61,215 nucleotides of DNA, filler included, from Sphacelaria rigidula (GCA_964200075.2; 10 parts of 10 records of this genome joined end to end with filler, not necessarily neighbours in it); one strand, 5' to 3'. Counted from the first letter of the whole stretch, positions 1-12,164 are shown. Notes: generated from the letters alone by a model not told the origin. Translations and numbers: made by a program.

Positions 1-42
1 GCTGTTTGGGTCGGTGTGCGCGTCCGAAGCGCGGCACGGGGG

Positions 43-86
<44 letters not shown>

Positions 87-289
87 CGAACGGGTACTAA
101 GTAGAAGCGACGTGTTTGTGGGGAGGATATGCGTATTTCGAGGCGCACTCATCTTTTGTCTTGATGTAATAAATACTAGATGGGGGTTGGATGAAGACTT
201 TTTCCGAAAGCGTAAGCCTTGTCAAGGGTGCAGGGGTAAATCCTGTGACGGGTACCTGTTTCTCTTTGTTTTTACCTCACACTTTCAAC

Positions 290-420
290 CCCCCCTCTTC
301 CTCAGGACGATTCTACGGTCTCAAGAGACCAGCGCATCTCTTCCCCGGTACACGCCTCACGTGGTTTGGTGTCAAGGATTGGATCACGACCATCAGCACT
401 CCCGCACTGCGTCAAACTCT
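290..420 (-). repeat. Dispersed SINE-like family A body copy
   Basis: Reverse complement aligns by eye with 750-890, 28195-28345 and 50450-50580 (ggggagagatgggttga...ttgagacc core). Confidence 0.6.
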
Positions 421-749
421 CGCCGAAAAAAACGATGTTGCTATTTCTTGCTCCCTCAAGGTTTCAACGAAGAAAATAAAAAAAATTCTCAGAAGAACAA
501 AAACAAAAAACATCCATTTGTCAGAAGTCGACTCAGTTTTTTTCCGACCCAATGGCCTTCAGCTGTACTGTACCATCCAGACTGACGGGGTGCGATAACC
601 TGATATGCGTCCGTTATATATCCTTCGAGCCTCTCGGCCACCTTATACGGCGCACTGCAAGCCTCTCAAAAGCAGCGGGCGCAGTTCTTGCCGGGGACAG
701 ATTTGTTCCGTGTGAGGGGTAGTACTAATACTTCAGCGAGAACAGGAAA

Positions 750-890
750 TTCTGGACGGGAGTCGACGCGGTGAGGAAGTGGTGACCCAATCCGCGAGTC
801 CAAAATGTAAGACGTATACAGGGGAGAGATGGGTTGATCTTTTGAGACCGCAGACTCGTCCCGAGTAAGGAGAGGGATGGAAAATATGAT
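750..890 (+). repeat. Dispersed SINE-like family A body copy (inverted relative to 290-420)
   Basis: gacgcggtg...ccaatccgcgag.ccaaaatg.aag.cgt.tac..ggggagagatgggttga shared with 28200-28330. Confidence 0.65.
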
Positions 891-1261
891 GGGGGGAAAA
901 AAAAGACCTGAGAGGGGTACAGTATGACGATATTTTCGTTCCCTGAAGATAATTGCGTAGCCTGTGCCTTATGCCGGGCAACGCGCAGTTACAGTCCCCC
1001 CTCGTGGACTACCTCAAGTAAGTCGAAGACAGGTTGCATCAGACCAAGCGCAATATCGTATCTCACAGTTGTGGGTGCAAGTTATTCTATGGTTGACATG
1101 TCACAGCTGATCTCTCAGCCTCCGTCAAGGCCTAGGTACGTGCAGGAGGCGCGACGGGAACATACATGTAGACCTTGCGCACATCTCTCCCCCGCGAGTC
1201 GAATCGCCAAGCTAAACGAATCCGACCACGGGGATTTCCTTCCTCTCTTGACGGAGAAAGC

Positions 1262-1301
<40 letters not shown>

Positions 1302-1737
1302 AACCACCACCCCCGCCCGCCCCCCCTTCTCTCCCGGCACTACCCACACACNNNNNNNNNNCCCCCCCGGCGAACCCCCAACCCAAACGAAACCACCCCC
1401 GGGGATTTCCTTCCCCTCCTGCCGGGAAAAACGCCCCCCCCCCCCCCCCCCCCTTAATTTCAACCCTTAATACACCCCGGATGCGTCCATCTATCTAGTC
1501 GGCACCGCGCTCATTTAGAAAAGTGCACTGCCTGACTCAAAATGTCCACATGTTAGCCCTCAAGGAATCAACCGAACGATGCTATCTTGTACAACTCGCA
1601 CACGCACACACACGCACACTCCATGGAAGTTCCAGCTTGGACGATGCAGGCGATCTTTGAAATACAACGCCGCGTTAATTGACGCGAGTAACAACAAACA
1701 TGGAACAACAACCACTACGACGGTGACGAATAAACAC

Positions 1738-1868
1738 CTGAATCTGAAGCTTGGCGGCGAAGTTCGAGATGTCGGAGGCCTCTTGGGCGCTCTCTTCGGC
1801 CGTTTCATCGTCAGATGCGGACGAAGCCGGAAAGATACTCCCGTTTCCGTACATGTAGATCGCGAATA
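1738..1868 (-). CDS. Exon of OSCA/TMEM63/TMC-like multi-pass membrane protein ((V)FAIYMYGNGSIF...KLQIQ)
   Basis: cacacag acceptor and CAG|gtgttt donor, 131 bp; enters in phase 1 matching the 25-bp exon at 2926-2950; H-x-FAIYMYGN-x-SIF resembles the last TM segment of this family. Confidence 0.7.
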
Positions 1869-2179
1869 CTGTGTGTATCCATAGGGAGTAGGGGATCAAA
1901 CTGGATGATACCAGAGGCCGGGTGAAGGTGAGAGGATGGGCACGCGACGGGGGAACGGAACGAGGATCCTAAGGATTGAGTGCGGGTGTTGTTTCTAGGG
2001 CTACGATTTGCTCTTGTGTGAAACTGCGGCTCAGGCGGTGTTTATGTATCGCCATCTTAGGGACAAACGCCAGCTACTCTGGAAAAGCGCGAATGTCTGA
2101 ACACGTAGCAAACGAGTGGATAAGGAAAGTGGAAGGTGTACTCATGACCTTGTATGCCGTAGTCACAGGGTCGTTGACC

Positions 2180-2510
2180 TTACATCCCTACAAAAGCCGG
2201 GACGGAGCACGCCAGGGTTTTTTCGGACCAGGCTCGCAATCAATCACCAAGCGCGGAGCTCCCTGATGTGTTCGGCGAGTCGCATGAAGGGCGAGTTGCA
2301 TCCTGCTAAGATTGTTCGGCCCGACGCGTACTGATTATCTTGCATTTAGATGACAGCCTACAATGAGTTGCTTCACATTCCGGTATCGCCACTTACGGAG
2401 ACAGTCACGGTTTACACACTGCCTTATGGGTGTCTCACCATGGGCAAGCGGATGGGGGGAAGCGGGGGTAGGGGGAAGTACTCATGATCATGCATGCCAT
2501 AGTCATCTGA
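2180..2510 (-). mobile_element. Non-LTR retrotransposon (LINE) 3' fragment, family B
   Basis: Reverse complement of 4600-4930 (gttcggcgagtcgcatgaaggg; ccctacaaaagccgggacggag; catgatca.gcatgccatagtcat). Confidence 0.6.
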
Positions 2511-2925
2511 CCATTGGGGGGGAGGGGGGAGGGGGGGGGAGTGAGGTGGGGGAAGAGGACGANNNNNNNNNNGGTGGTGAGGGGGGGGGGTCGGGTGGCG
2601 GTGGGGGTGGGGGGGGGGGGGGGGGGGATTAGGATTTGCGCACTTGATGAAATAAGCCTCGGCCGTCTGTCTTTCGAACACTTCGGAGAAGTTCAACAAA
2701 TCTCTAGCTGGTTCTTAGGCACCCTTTCATGCGTACTTGGTTTCAGCGCAACGGCAACGCTGACTTTCGCTCGTTTATGGTAAAGGTCCGTTCTAAACGT
2801 TGGGCGTTCCCGTTCCGGAAATATCCCGTTGATTCTTCCATTTTCTTCATCACGAAAAAAATCCCCGACGGTGTCATGATGCACGTGTTGGCCCCACCCG
2901 CTACCTTCCATACCCCCATTCTCAC

Positions 2926-2950
2926 CGTGTCCTAGCAGCAACGCAAGTGC
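2926..2950 (-). CDS. 25-bp micro-exon (ALALLLGH) of the same membrane protein
   Basis: ctcaccag|GCACTTGCGTTGCTGCTAGGACACG|gtgag; splicing to 1868 gives ALALLLGHVFAIYMYG in frame. Confidence 0.6.
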
Positions 2951-3299
2951 CTGGTGAGGTTGGGGTGACGACGTGCTCGACACCCGAAATCATGGATGGT
3001 ATGACGTAGAGGGGCTAACATGTACATGGCAGCCTGGATCAAAGCACGCCATGCTGAGAAATTGTTTGCCGTGCTACCACTAGAGTTCCCCCAGTGCCTA
3101 CCGAGGACCTCTAGAAAGTAACCAGTAGCCCATCGGGTAGTGCACTCGCCCGTGCGTCTGCCGTCTTTCAGAACGGCTGCGGCACTTGTCTACGAGGGTG
3201 CCTGGGGTTGTATGAGTTGACCCTCGCTTGGTGGCCGCACTAATCTCCTTCTGTCATCTGTCTCTTCTCGTCTTTTCTTTCAGTGTGATTTTTGGCAGA

Positions 3300-3427
3300 T
3301 CTGATGGGTTTTTTTTTTCCCCAACATCCCGATGAACTCGGGGGAGCTACTACTCACCCGTTTGTTTTCTTGGCGTCTGTCTGTTTTTTAGTTTCCATTT
3401 GGTAATATTTCGATTGATTGTTTCTTT

Positions 3428-3482
<55 letters not shown>

Positions 3483-3600
3483 CATTAGTCGTGAGTGTCA
3501 GAATAAAATGATGAAGGCTCTATGTATTTTGAGGAATAGCAGGGACGGTATTGGAAACTCGAGCCTACGTCTGTGACCACGGGTCCGAGAGAGGCAGAAA
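3300..3600 (+). repeat. Dispersed repeat family C with internal (GTT)n microsatellite (3428-3482)
   Basis: aggaatagcagggacggtattggaaa..cgagc.tacgtctgtgac also present in reverse at ~14215-14470. Confidence 0.6.
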
Positions 3601-3699
3601 GGAGAATAGCACACATTCAGGACACAGGACGATAAAATGGTTGGTAGTACGAAGGGGAAGAGAGAAAGTGCTGGTGGAGAACTACCGAGAACTTGGAAC

Positions 3700-4340
3700 A
3701 CCAACAGCCACAAGAGGTTCAACGCCAAATTCGAGGACAATCGACGTGTGGTCGGAGACAAACGTGGAGGCATCATAACGGGAAGATATTGGTTCGAAAG
3801 AGTCGCAGGCAGAGTAGTTCACAAGACAAAAGTAAGAGGCATGATAGAAATTGGGGGGGATAGAAGCACCAAGACAGAAAGTAAGGAAGAGCACGTGAAG
3901 TTATACGGGGGGGTTGAGAGAGGGAACGAGGATGAAAACATATCTAGATGCACAGAATTACCCTTGTGGCAAAGCAACGAAGAGTACAACTCGAGCAGTG
4001 GGGGAATGCGAACTGTACGAGGAGAAACGGAGCGTGTCGGAGGAGGAGATGATGGGGCAGCTAAACAAAGGTGGCATGAAATCGTTTGATGGATTAGACA
4101 GTAGCGAGAAAACGATCGCTATACTAGGAGATGAATCGTGGCCGCAGACGGCAAAACGGGAAGGGTATAAGGTATGTAAAATACTTTTGTGTAATGTATG
4201 GAAGAAACGTAATGAGCGCCAAAATGTTGGAGGTGTCTCCATTCAGGAGTAGGAACAGTGCTCCGTCTCGAAACGGATGCATGGTCAATGGTCAATGGTC
4301 AATGGTCAAATGGCTAAGGCAAGCAACAAATTCGTACCCC
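3700..4340 (+). mobile_element. Degenerate LINE ORF2 C-terminus and 3' end, family D
   Basis: Frameshifted CCHC-like segment PCGKATKSTTRAVGEC..Y followed by LDSSEKTIAILGD..W; the terminal ctccgtctcgaaa.ggatgc.tggtcaatggtcaaat..ctaaggcaagcaacaaa recurs at 18436-18503 and 48883-48954. Confidence 0.7.
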
Positions 4341-4599
4341 GCCCTTCCCTCCCCCAAACGCCCCTGGTCCGGCAAAAACCCGGCGTGCTCCATCCCGGCT
4401 TTGTAGGGGTGGACCCTCTATGGGGCTGGCGTCGGTTGGCGATGACGCTGTAAAATATGCCACTCACTGCGTGAACTAGACAACCAGATTACCGCATTTT
4501 TTCGTGCCCTTGCGTTTTTTTTGGCGGTAACCATGATGGTGGTCGAGCTAGATAATATTGTGCGGCGTGGGAGAACTTCAGCCCCGGGCAAAGGAGGTG

Positions 4600-4930
4600 G
4601 TCATACTACGTGGTGTGTCGATGGTGAGACACCCATGAGGCAGTGTATAAGCTGTGACTCTGTCTCTGGAAGTGGCGATACCAGAAATTGAGGAAGCTCA
4701 TTGTAGGCTGTCGTCAAAATGTAAGATAATTAGTACGCTTCGGACCGAATAATCTCAGCAGGATGCAGATTACCCTTCATGCGACTCGCCGAACACACCA
4801 CGGCGCTTCGCGCTTTGCGATTGAGTGTGAGCCTGGTCCGCCGAAAACCCGGCGTACTCCGTCCCGGCTTTGTAGGGATGCGAGGTCAATAGTCATATGA
4901 CTATGGCATGCAAGATCATGAGTACACCCC
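4600..4930 (+). mobile_element. LINE 3' fragment, family B
   Basis: Matches 2180-2510 (reverse); ggtccg....aaacccggcgt.ctcc.tcccggctttgtaggg also at 4366-4408; similar tail at 24550-24600. Confidence 0.6.
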
Positions 4931-5516
4931 CCCGCGCGCGCGCTCCTCCCAACTCTCCTTGGAAATGCTCGTGTTATGTAGAAACGAGGAATACTTCTCG
5001 GTCCCGCTATCTATGAACCCCCATAAACGCCTTTGATGCAGAGGCCAAGTCTAGCCAAGTCAGGTTACATGATAAATATTTCTGCTCCGTGAATCAGTAC
5101 GGCCGTTTCTGACGTGGAGTTAGGCTCTAGCTCTAAGGTCTAATGCTCCAATGTCCTAATGGATGCATAAACCAACTCATGCACTTACGCGTGGACAGTG
5201 CATGCGTATTTGTAGTTTCTGTTTCTGCATACAGGCCGTAAATCTCGAACGAGCGTAAAACTTCGCAACTTCAAAACAATTCGGAATTTTGATCATGGGA
5301 CGAGGTAGAATAGGACATGCTTTAGTGGGTATATAGATACCTGTCGAATAAAGATGCTCACAGACAGGGGTAGATAATTTATTCAGAAGTTCGGGAAAGA
5401 AAAAAAAACTGCTGGATACGTGTAAAAATAGTTTCATGTCTGTGTCTGTTCTCCCCCCGTACGGTCAGTGGTAGTGCAACTGTACTTTTTTTTTCTTACT
5501 TCGCCCTTGAACTCAC

Positions 5517-5707
5517 CTGATGACCTCGTGAGTGAGCCGCATGGAGTAGCTGGGGGGTGTGAGGTAGTAGTGAACGAACAGCGCCTTTTCGATCCAATAA
5601 AACGCCAGGAACGACACCGCACCCACGGGCAGCAAGATGGGGATTCCCGAGGAATACGCCAAGCATACCGCGAAAATTACCGAAATCTCGGCGTACCGCA
5701 CGGACAC
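5517..5707 (-). CDS. Exon of OSCA/TMEM63/TMC-like (anoctamin superfamily) membrane protein
   Basis: gacag acceptor and CAG|gtgagt donor; VSVRYAEISVIFAVCLAYSSGIPILLPVGAVSFLAFYWIEKALFVHYYLTPPSY has the YSSG.P.L.P...FYW.(D/E)K..F...Y..PP.Y pattern typical of this superfamily. Confidence 0.75.
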
Positions 5708-6032
5708 CTGTCGAGTGTGGGGCCATGATGATTGCTGGTGAGACTGCACAGATAGATACAGTAGTGGTGGCGTGCAGGAGGTGAGCACGGTGAGGACGTT
5801 TTTACTGGACGGGAGCCAACTGCCCATGAATTGACCTTGTCGAATCACTTCTAGAAATAGATAGCAACTACAGTGAATCTGATTTGTCGTCTTCTGACGT
5901 TTGGTTATTTCGGTACGGCGGTCACTGAGTCTGATCTGCTGTTTTCTGGGGTCGGGGGTCATGCTACGATTGAAGGGTGGGGGGGGGGGGGGGGGGGGGG
6001 GTGATTTGTGGTGTGCTGTGGTGCTTGCGGCG

Positions 6033-6132
6033 NNNNNNNNNNNNNNNNNNNNNNNNNNNNNNNNNNNNNNNNNNNNTTAATTAATTAANNNNNNNNNNNN
6101 NNNNNNNNNNNNNNNNNNNNNNNNNNNNNNNN
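6033..6132. other. Artificial contig linker
   Basis: N44-TTAATTAATTAA-N44 (stops in all six frames). Confidence 0.98.
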
Positions 6133-7571
6133 CCCAGACACGTGGAATGGCGCAAAAGTTGCGTGGATACCCCTTGGACCGGCGGTCAACTTTTTTCCCC
6201 TTTTGGGCAATCAGGCCGAAGAAATCGTGGATTTGGTGATTCTTCGTCGTGACGATTCGTCTCAACCGTGCAACTGTTGGCCTCCGAGATACCTGAAGGA
6301 GGTCTGCATAGAATATTACGTCCTTGTAGATGGCGTAGCTCTTGCGCGTGGACCTCGATCTCCCCCGTGACAGTCGCGATGACTGTGACGCTGCATGTAT
6401 CGTGTTTCAAAAGTTGTCATTTGCACTGCAGCCAATCATGATTCGTATTCTATTTGTGATACCGGTACTTTGGAGGAACCGACTGCAGATTGACTGGAAC
6501 AATCGGCCGTGAACCGGCTGCAGGACTGGAAACAGTGGAGCACAATCCTCCAGGTACCTCGAACCGGTGCTTTTTGCTATACCTCGCTATCTAGTAAAAA
6601 TCATACATATGTTCGCATAAATATTGCATGATAGATCGAGTCGTATTTCCTTGCGGTAACGATTGCGACTTTTTTTTTAATATATATCTTCGTGAATATG
6701 CGACACACCGCCAAACTGCAGGGAGGGTACCGGCAAAACGGAAGAGCCTTGGGTGCACGCCGCAGAGGCGTGGTGGTTCCTTCGGAGCTTTGTTCTCAGG
6801 GAGGATCTGTCACTAGATTATGACGTCGGGGGACTTGGAGTATCGGCCACCTTCTTCATCGTTTTGGCGTCTTTTGTTGTTGCAATCGCTCAGGTAAAAC
6901 GTGAATCGGTGTAGCGGTTGACAGCCAGCACCTAAAATTTTGGAATATTGAACCAACATTTTGTTCAAGAAATTAAACTCTAAGAAGAAATCGTACTATA
7001 CCTAACGGAGATAGCGTCCACACTAAAATCTATGTGAACCCCAAACGATGCATTCAGCGGATGATGACGATTTTTGGTGTGGACTTTCCCTGGAGCACGG
7101 GGAGATGCTAGATACCCTCAAGTTCACCTAATTCGTAATCTATCTCGAGATATGGCGCACATGAGTTTCAATCCTGAAATCAGTATATTACGAGCAGAGG
7201 CACTAGATGTCCTAAATCTGGATATCGCGTCTCAGTTTTTGAGAGTTGTGCTATGAAATTTGGTATGGAGAACCGTTAGTGCAAAATGAAATTAATGAAA
7301 AACCCAGCTTTATACATTTTTCTCGTTGTCTTCATTTTTTTTTCGTGTTTTTGGGGGAGTCTTGAGGAGGAATAAACATTGCTCTTGGGCCTCATCTCAA
7401 TTTTCTATCTCAATTTTTGAAACCGTGAGTTGAAACTTAGCATGGAGAACGGCAGAGGTATGTTGAATATTAAAAAAAATGGGCTGAATGGGCCTTCATT
7501 TGTTTTGGGGGCGGGGAGGGGTTCGGGCGTTCTCGTAAAAAAATGGTCATCACCATACTAAAACGCCCTTA

Positions 7572-8779
7572 GGCTACTTCTCATGTATATAAAAACTCCA
7601 TCAGGAAACGCGTTTTCTGATAAATGGCCAAAAACCCACATATTATGTGATCAGAAAACGCGTTTTCTGATTTAAAAAACATCTGATGACATTCTCCGAT
7701 AGCCCAAAGTTATCAGAAAATCAGGATTTTCCGATAAACTCGGGCTATCGAAAAACGTTAAAAAAAAACGCGTTTGAACCTCGGTTGAACACGTTTGAGC
7801 ACATATTACAGCCCACGACAGCACCTGTGATGGCTTCACTGCCATCACTATTGCTGCTGTCGCTGGTGCTCGCGGGCATTCAGCGTGTTGCATCATTGTC
7901 CTTCGCTCGCCAGTAGCGTGGTGGCCCTTTACCCCATGAGAACAGCAGAGGGCAGGGTCAGTGACGACTGCTGTACAGACAGGAGACCACGCAGCGTGTT
8001 GCGAACAGTCGTCGCAATGCTTTACAGACCGCCCACGCACCCAAGCCTTGTAGAGACAGGACCGGACTGACAGTACACAAAAAACTGTGAGATAAGTAGT
8101 GCTACTGCTGCAGTACATCCAAAGCATACAACACAACAGTGGTGTCTGTACTGTTGTCTGTGCTGCCCGTACAACCGAGTACTACAGTGCAGCGAACTTG
8201 TAGCTCAGCTCAGGTCTGTGCATGCAGCTTGTTGCGAACAGACGTCGCTTTGCAGTACAGACTGCCTGCGCACCCAAGCCTTGTAGATACAGGACCGTAC
8301 TGACGGCATGCACAAGACTATGAATAATGCTACTGTTGTAGTACTATAACCGATGCATGCAATACAGCACTGTTGTGTGTACTTTTGTCTGTGCTGTCCT
8401 TTCCGTCAAGTACTACCGTGCAGTGAAAAAGCACAACCGTCACTTCTACAGTCAGTTGGTACAGCAAGGCGGTATTCTCATCGATCGTCTTGCGTCACGC
8501 AGCTCACCATGTATTGCTCAGGCAATGTATCACAGTAGTACAGAGAGTCAGTACGGACCGTACACCACGACAGGACAGCAGAATGCTGCGTCTCTCCAGC
8601 GCGCCACAATTTTTGAAATCATGCCTGCACACCTCATATGAAACGATGAAAACTGCGTTTTCAATGTTGATGGTGCGTCGATCACGTAAATAGGGCTACT
8701 TTGAAAAATTCTGTTGAAAAACGTGCTGTTGAAAAACGGCTTTTCTGATGAGGTGTTTTTTAACACACAAGAAGTAGGC
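7572..8779. mobile_element. Non-autonomous PIF/Harbinger-like (Tourist-type) TIR element
   Basis: TTA|ggctacttctcatgtat..aaaaactccatcaggaaacgcgttttc ... ggcttttctgatgaggtgtttttt..cacacaagaagtaggc|TAA: imperfect ~45-bp TIRs, TWA-type flanks; internal diverged duplication 7990-8075/8225-8310. Confidence 0.55.
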
Positions 8780-8942
8780 TAAACCAGGAAAAAAATGAAT
8801 CAAAACCAACCTGATCCATTTTTCTTGGTTCATCATGACCTAGCGAGGTCTCGCGTAAAGTTTCAAAACACAAACACCAAACGCTGGCCGGTAAACGGCC
8901 TGCAAAATACTGTCCCGAATTTCCACCGGCCCGGGGTTTAAA

Positions 8943-9210
8943 AGGCGAATTTGCAATTTTTTCTTAGAGTTGGACAGCGAAATTTGGTATAGACCATCCA
9001 CAGGGCATGAAGAACAGCTGTCTGTGGGATCCCATTTTTTTTTTTTCATGAGTTAAGGGTAATGATCACTTTTAAGGTTTCAGTGCAATGCCGTTAAATC
9101 ACAAAGAAAAGAAACTTTGGGACCCTACAGAGAGCTTTTTTTCATGACCTGTTGATTGTCCATACCAAATTTCACTGTCCAACTCTAAGTAAAAAATTGC
9201 GAATTCGCCT
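8943..9210. mobile_element. MITE with ~55-bp TIRs
   Basis: aggcgaatttgcaattttttcttagagttggacagcgaaatttggtat / ataccaaatttcactgtccaactctaagtaaaaaattgcgaattcgcct. Confidence 0.65.
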
Positions 9211-9756
9211 GCGAACTACAAATCCGCTTCTAGGCTGGCCCAGCTAATATCAAATTCAAGTTGCTGTCACCCATCCCCCCCCCCCCCCCCCCCCCCCCCC
9301 CCCTTCCCCCCCCCGTTTCCCCTTCCCCCCCCNNNNNNNNNNACGCGCCAGGGAACAAAAAAACCGCTTCTAGGCGGGCCCAGTTTATTTCAAATTCAAG
9401 TTGGGGCCCCCCTTCCCCCCCCCCCCCCTCTCTCTCCGGCCGTTACCCACCGTGTTTCGCTTTGACACTCCGCCGATTTTAACCAGATCTTCCGCGAGGG
9501 TCTGGATGCGATTCTTAACCCACCAGGCAGTTACTGCGCCTACGCGTCGGTGTATCTAACGGTATGCTTGATACGGATATTTGGGTTGGCAACGAAAACT
9601 TATCTGGAGCAGCAGCAGCACATCGGAATTATTCAGGTAAAACCGACTGTTGAGATTGAGCTGATACGGCCGAGCTAAGCAGGGGGGGGAAGGGGCGGTA
9701 TCCGAGGATTACCTGTGCGTACAAGGGTCTGTCGAGAAAAAAAATCGGGTACTGAG

Positions 9757-9789
<33 letters not shown>

Positions 9790-9973
9790 GCCTCCCCACC
9801 AGCACAATCAAACACGCCCCGCTCCGCCCACGACCCCCTTGTAGCGCCCCTNNNNNNNNNNATAGTTACAATGGCACCGTGCATTAAGACTGCTCTTCTT
9901 CGTTACCACATATAAAAAAAAAAAAATGTGGCTCTGACCCCCCCCCCCCCGACCCTCCCGGAGGATAATTTTT

Positions 9974-11417
9974 CACACGTCGGACAGATCAGCTCCCTGT
10001 GGCTCGAACTAGCTCTTCTTGAGCGTAGCTCCTTAGTGAGCTATGAGAGCTACATGAACTACGCATGTTGTCCCTGGGGTGAGCTATGAGAGCTGTATGA
10101 GCTACGCATGTTTACCGTACGTGAGCCACCAACCCGTTGCTCATCAGCTCAGATTCGTCCTGGGTGAGCCATGAGAGCTGCTACGCATGTTTGCCCTGGG
10201 TGAGCTACCAACCCGTAGCTCATCAGCTCATATTCGCCCTGGGTGAGCTATGAGAGATGCATGAGCTACACATGTTTGCCCTGGATGAGCTATGAGAGCT
10301 AGGTGAACTGCGAATAATTGCCCGGGATGAGCTATAAGAGCTACGATTGCTCATCCCTTTGACCGCGAGGGTAGGAGGTCCCTGAATCGGCATCATTCAC
10401 ACCCGAAAAATAAAGTGAATTATGCTGGTTTATCAGATCGCCAACCCTCGCGGTCAAAGGGCTAACCCCTTGACGGCAAGCATGAGTCATCTGTTGAATC
10501 GACTCCAATTTTACTTGGAAAACGTATGCATGACCAGATGGACTCGTATCCTCGCGGCCAACCTATCAAAAGAAATGAATCGGTCGATTTTTGTAAACAC
10601 TGAACATTAATACTTGATTTAACCATCCGACCAAGCGAACAAGGATATGTGTCGGCTTCTTTTCTTCCTATAGCGAAAAGGGAGGCAAAACATCACAACC
10701 TAATAACATGTGGCGCCATCCGTTCGAACCAGAATGTTACATCATAAGCGACACGGGCTTGGCCAGCGGCGAGCTAGGCATATGACGTGAGTTAGCCACG
10801 ACCATGTGTCCCTGGGGTGAGCTACCGGGTGTAGCTCATTCGCTCATGTTTGCCTGCGTGAGCTATCGAGCGTAGTTCATCCGCGTATGTTTTTCCTGGG
10901 TGAGCTGTGAGAGCTGCATGAGCTGCACATATTTGCCCTGGATGAGCTATCAACCCGTAGCTCATCAGCTCATATTCGCCCTGAGTGAGCTGTGGGAGCT
11001 GTATGATCCACGCACGTTTGCGATAGGTGAGCTACCAACCCGTAGCTCATCAGCTCATATTCGCCCTGGGTGAGCTATGAGAGCTGCATGAGCTACGCAT
11101 GTTTGCCCTGGATGAGCTATCAACCCGTAGCTCATCAGCTCATATTCGCCCTGAGTGAGCTGTGGGAGCTGTATGATCTACGCACGTTTGCGATAGGTGA
11201 GCTACCGACCCGTAGCTCATCAGCTCATATTCGCCCTGGGTGAGCTATGAGAGCTGCATGAGCTACGCATGTTTGCCCTGGGTGAGCTACCAACTCGTAG
11301 CTCATCAGCGCACGTTGACCTTGTGTTGAGCTATCGGACGTAGCTCACATGTACATGTTTGACTACAAGTGAGCAACCGCCCGCAGATGAGCTAGCTCAT
11401 GAGTTGTCCTACGTGTG
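9974..11417. mobile_element. CAC...GTG TIR element filled with an AGCT-rich ~42/43-bp minisatellite
   Basis: Termini cacacgtcggaca / tgtcctacgtgtg; alternating units gccctgggtgagctatgagagctgcatgagctacgcatgttt and gccctgggtgagctaccaacccgtagctcatcagctcatattc; same array and right end at 35680-36248. Confidence 0.75.
10355..10461. mobile_element. 107-bp piggyBac-like mini element nested in the AGCT array
   Basis: TIRs ccctttgaccgcgagggt / accctcgcggtcaaaggg; flanks tcat/ctaa (TTAA-like but not identical); related ends at ~14085-14105 and ~42125-42146. Confidence 0.55.
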
Positions 11418-12060
11418 CAATTTTTCGAAAATCGTCATGATTTTCGACATTTTTTTGGTGATGATTTGTTGAAATTGTTGAAAAAAAATGATCAACACCG
11501 ACAGAAACCGAAAATTCTGGCGGGCTTTGCAAGATTCGTATTTTTGCTTCTGCTCCTTGCCCACCCTGTTCTGATGACCTCGGATGCTGGCAACGCTAAC
11601 ACACATCAATGTACACTACACGAGCGTACGGTAGCGACAGCCTGTAGCCAAAGTAGCAACATTATCTCACGCCTCGCCAAATTCTCCCGGACTACTAGTG
11701 GTGAGTAGTCGAGGCACACGACACGATCCCATAAATGCAATCACGGTAGGTGATGAGCTTGGAGGGGCGGGTGGTTGGTCCGTCATGTCAGTGGTCTCCA
11801 TGCCAAGAATCTCCGTACACGACAGCTGACCGCATCCGTCAACGCCTCGGCAATAAAGTAGGAGACAACGGGCTGGATGTCCCCCCCCTCAAACTAGAAT
11901 TTTCGATCTTGGGGCCTACGTGTCCCGAATATATATTTTTGACAGACAGTTGGTGCGTATGTTGGGTTCTACATTCGGCGCATGCGCGACAACTTGAAGT
12001 ACGTGTACTGTTAGAGTAAACACATATCTCCGACGATAGATGCATACACACACATTTATT

Positions 12061-12150
12061 GCCGGTCGCCCTGGTGGCTCAGTTGGTAATCTCGTAACCT
12101 TCTGATGGTTGAGTAGGGGGATTCGATTCCCGGAGCGATCTGGAATTTTT
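12061..12150 (+). ncRNA. tRNA-derived SINE head / tRNA pseudogene
   Basis: A box TGGCTCAGTTGG (12075-12086), B-box-like GATTCGATTCCC (12120-12131), T-run after; no convincing anticodon arm. Confidence 0.55.
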
Positions 12151-12164
12151 TCGCACACCATGCC

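Noticed and set aside
16..598. 189-aa and 135-aa ORFs, and the similar 28383-28952 ORF
   Set aside because: They lie over dispersed repeats and homopolymer runs and show no protein-family features.
1200..1460. Apparent duplications and Pro/Gly-rich ORFs around 10-N gaps and poly-C/G runs (also 2440-2630, 9220-9440, 9660-9860)
   Set aside because: Sequence either side of each gap looks like a low-quality re-read of the same C/G homopolymer region; this is an assembly artefact.
6133..6400. STRKSY motif suggesting a tyrosine-recombinase N-terminus
   Set aside because: Six-residue match at a contig end with no catalytic motifs.
10030..11340. CRISPR-like array (constant gccctgggtgagcta with intervening segments)
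   Set aside because: The intervening segments are two recurring types rather than unique spacers, there are no cas genes, and the context is eukaryotic and TIR-bounded.
12061..12150. Functional tRNA genes at 12061, 28034 and 53254
   Set aside because: A and B boxes are present but I cannot fold a proper anticodon arm or complete acceptor stem, so they are treated as tRNA-derived.
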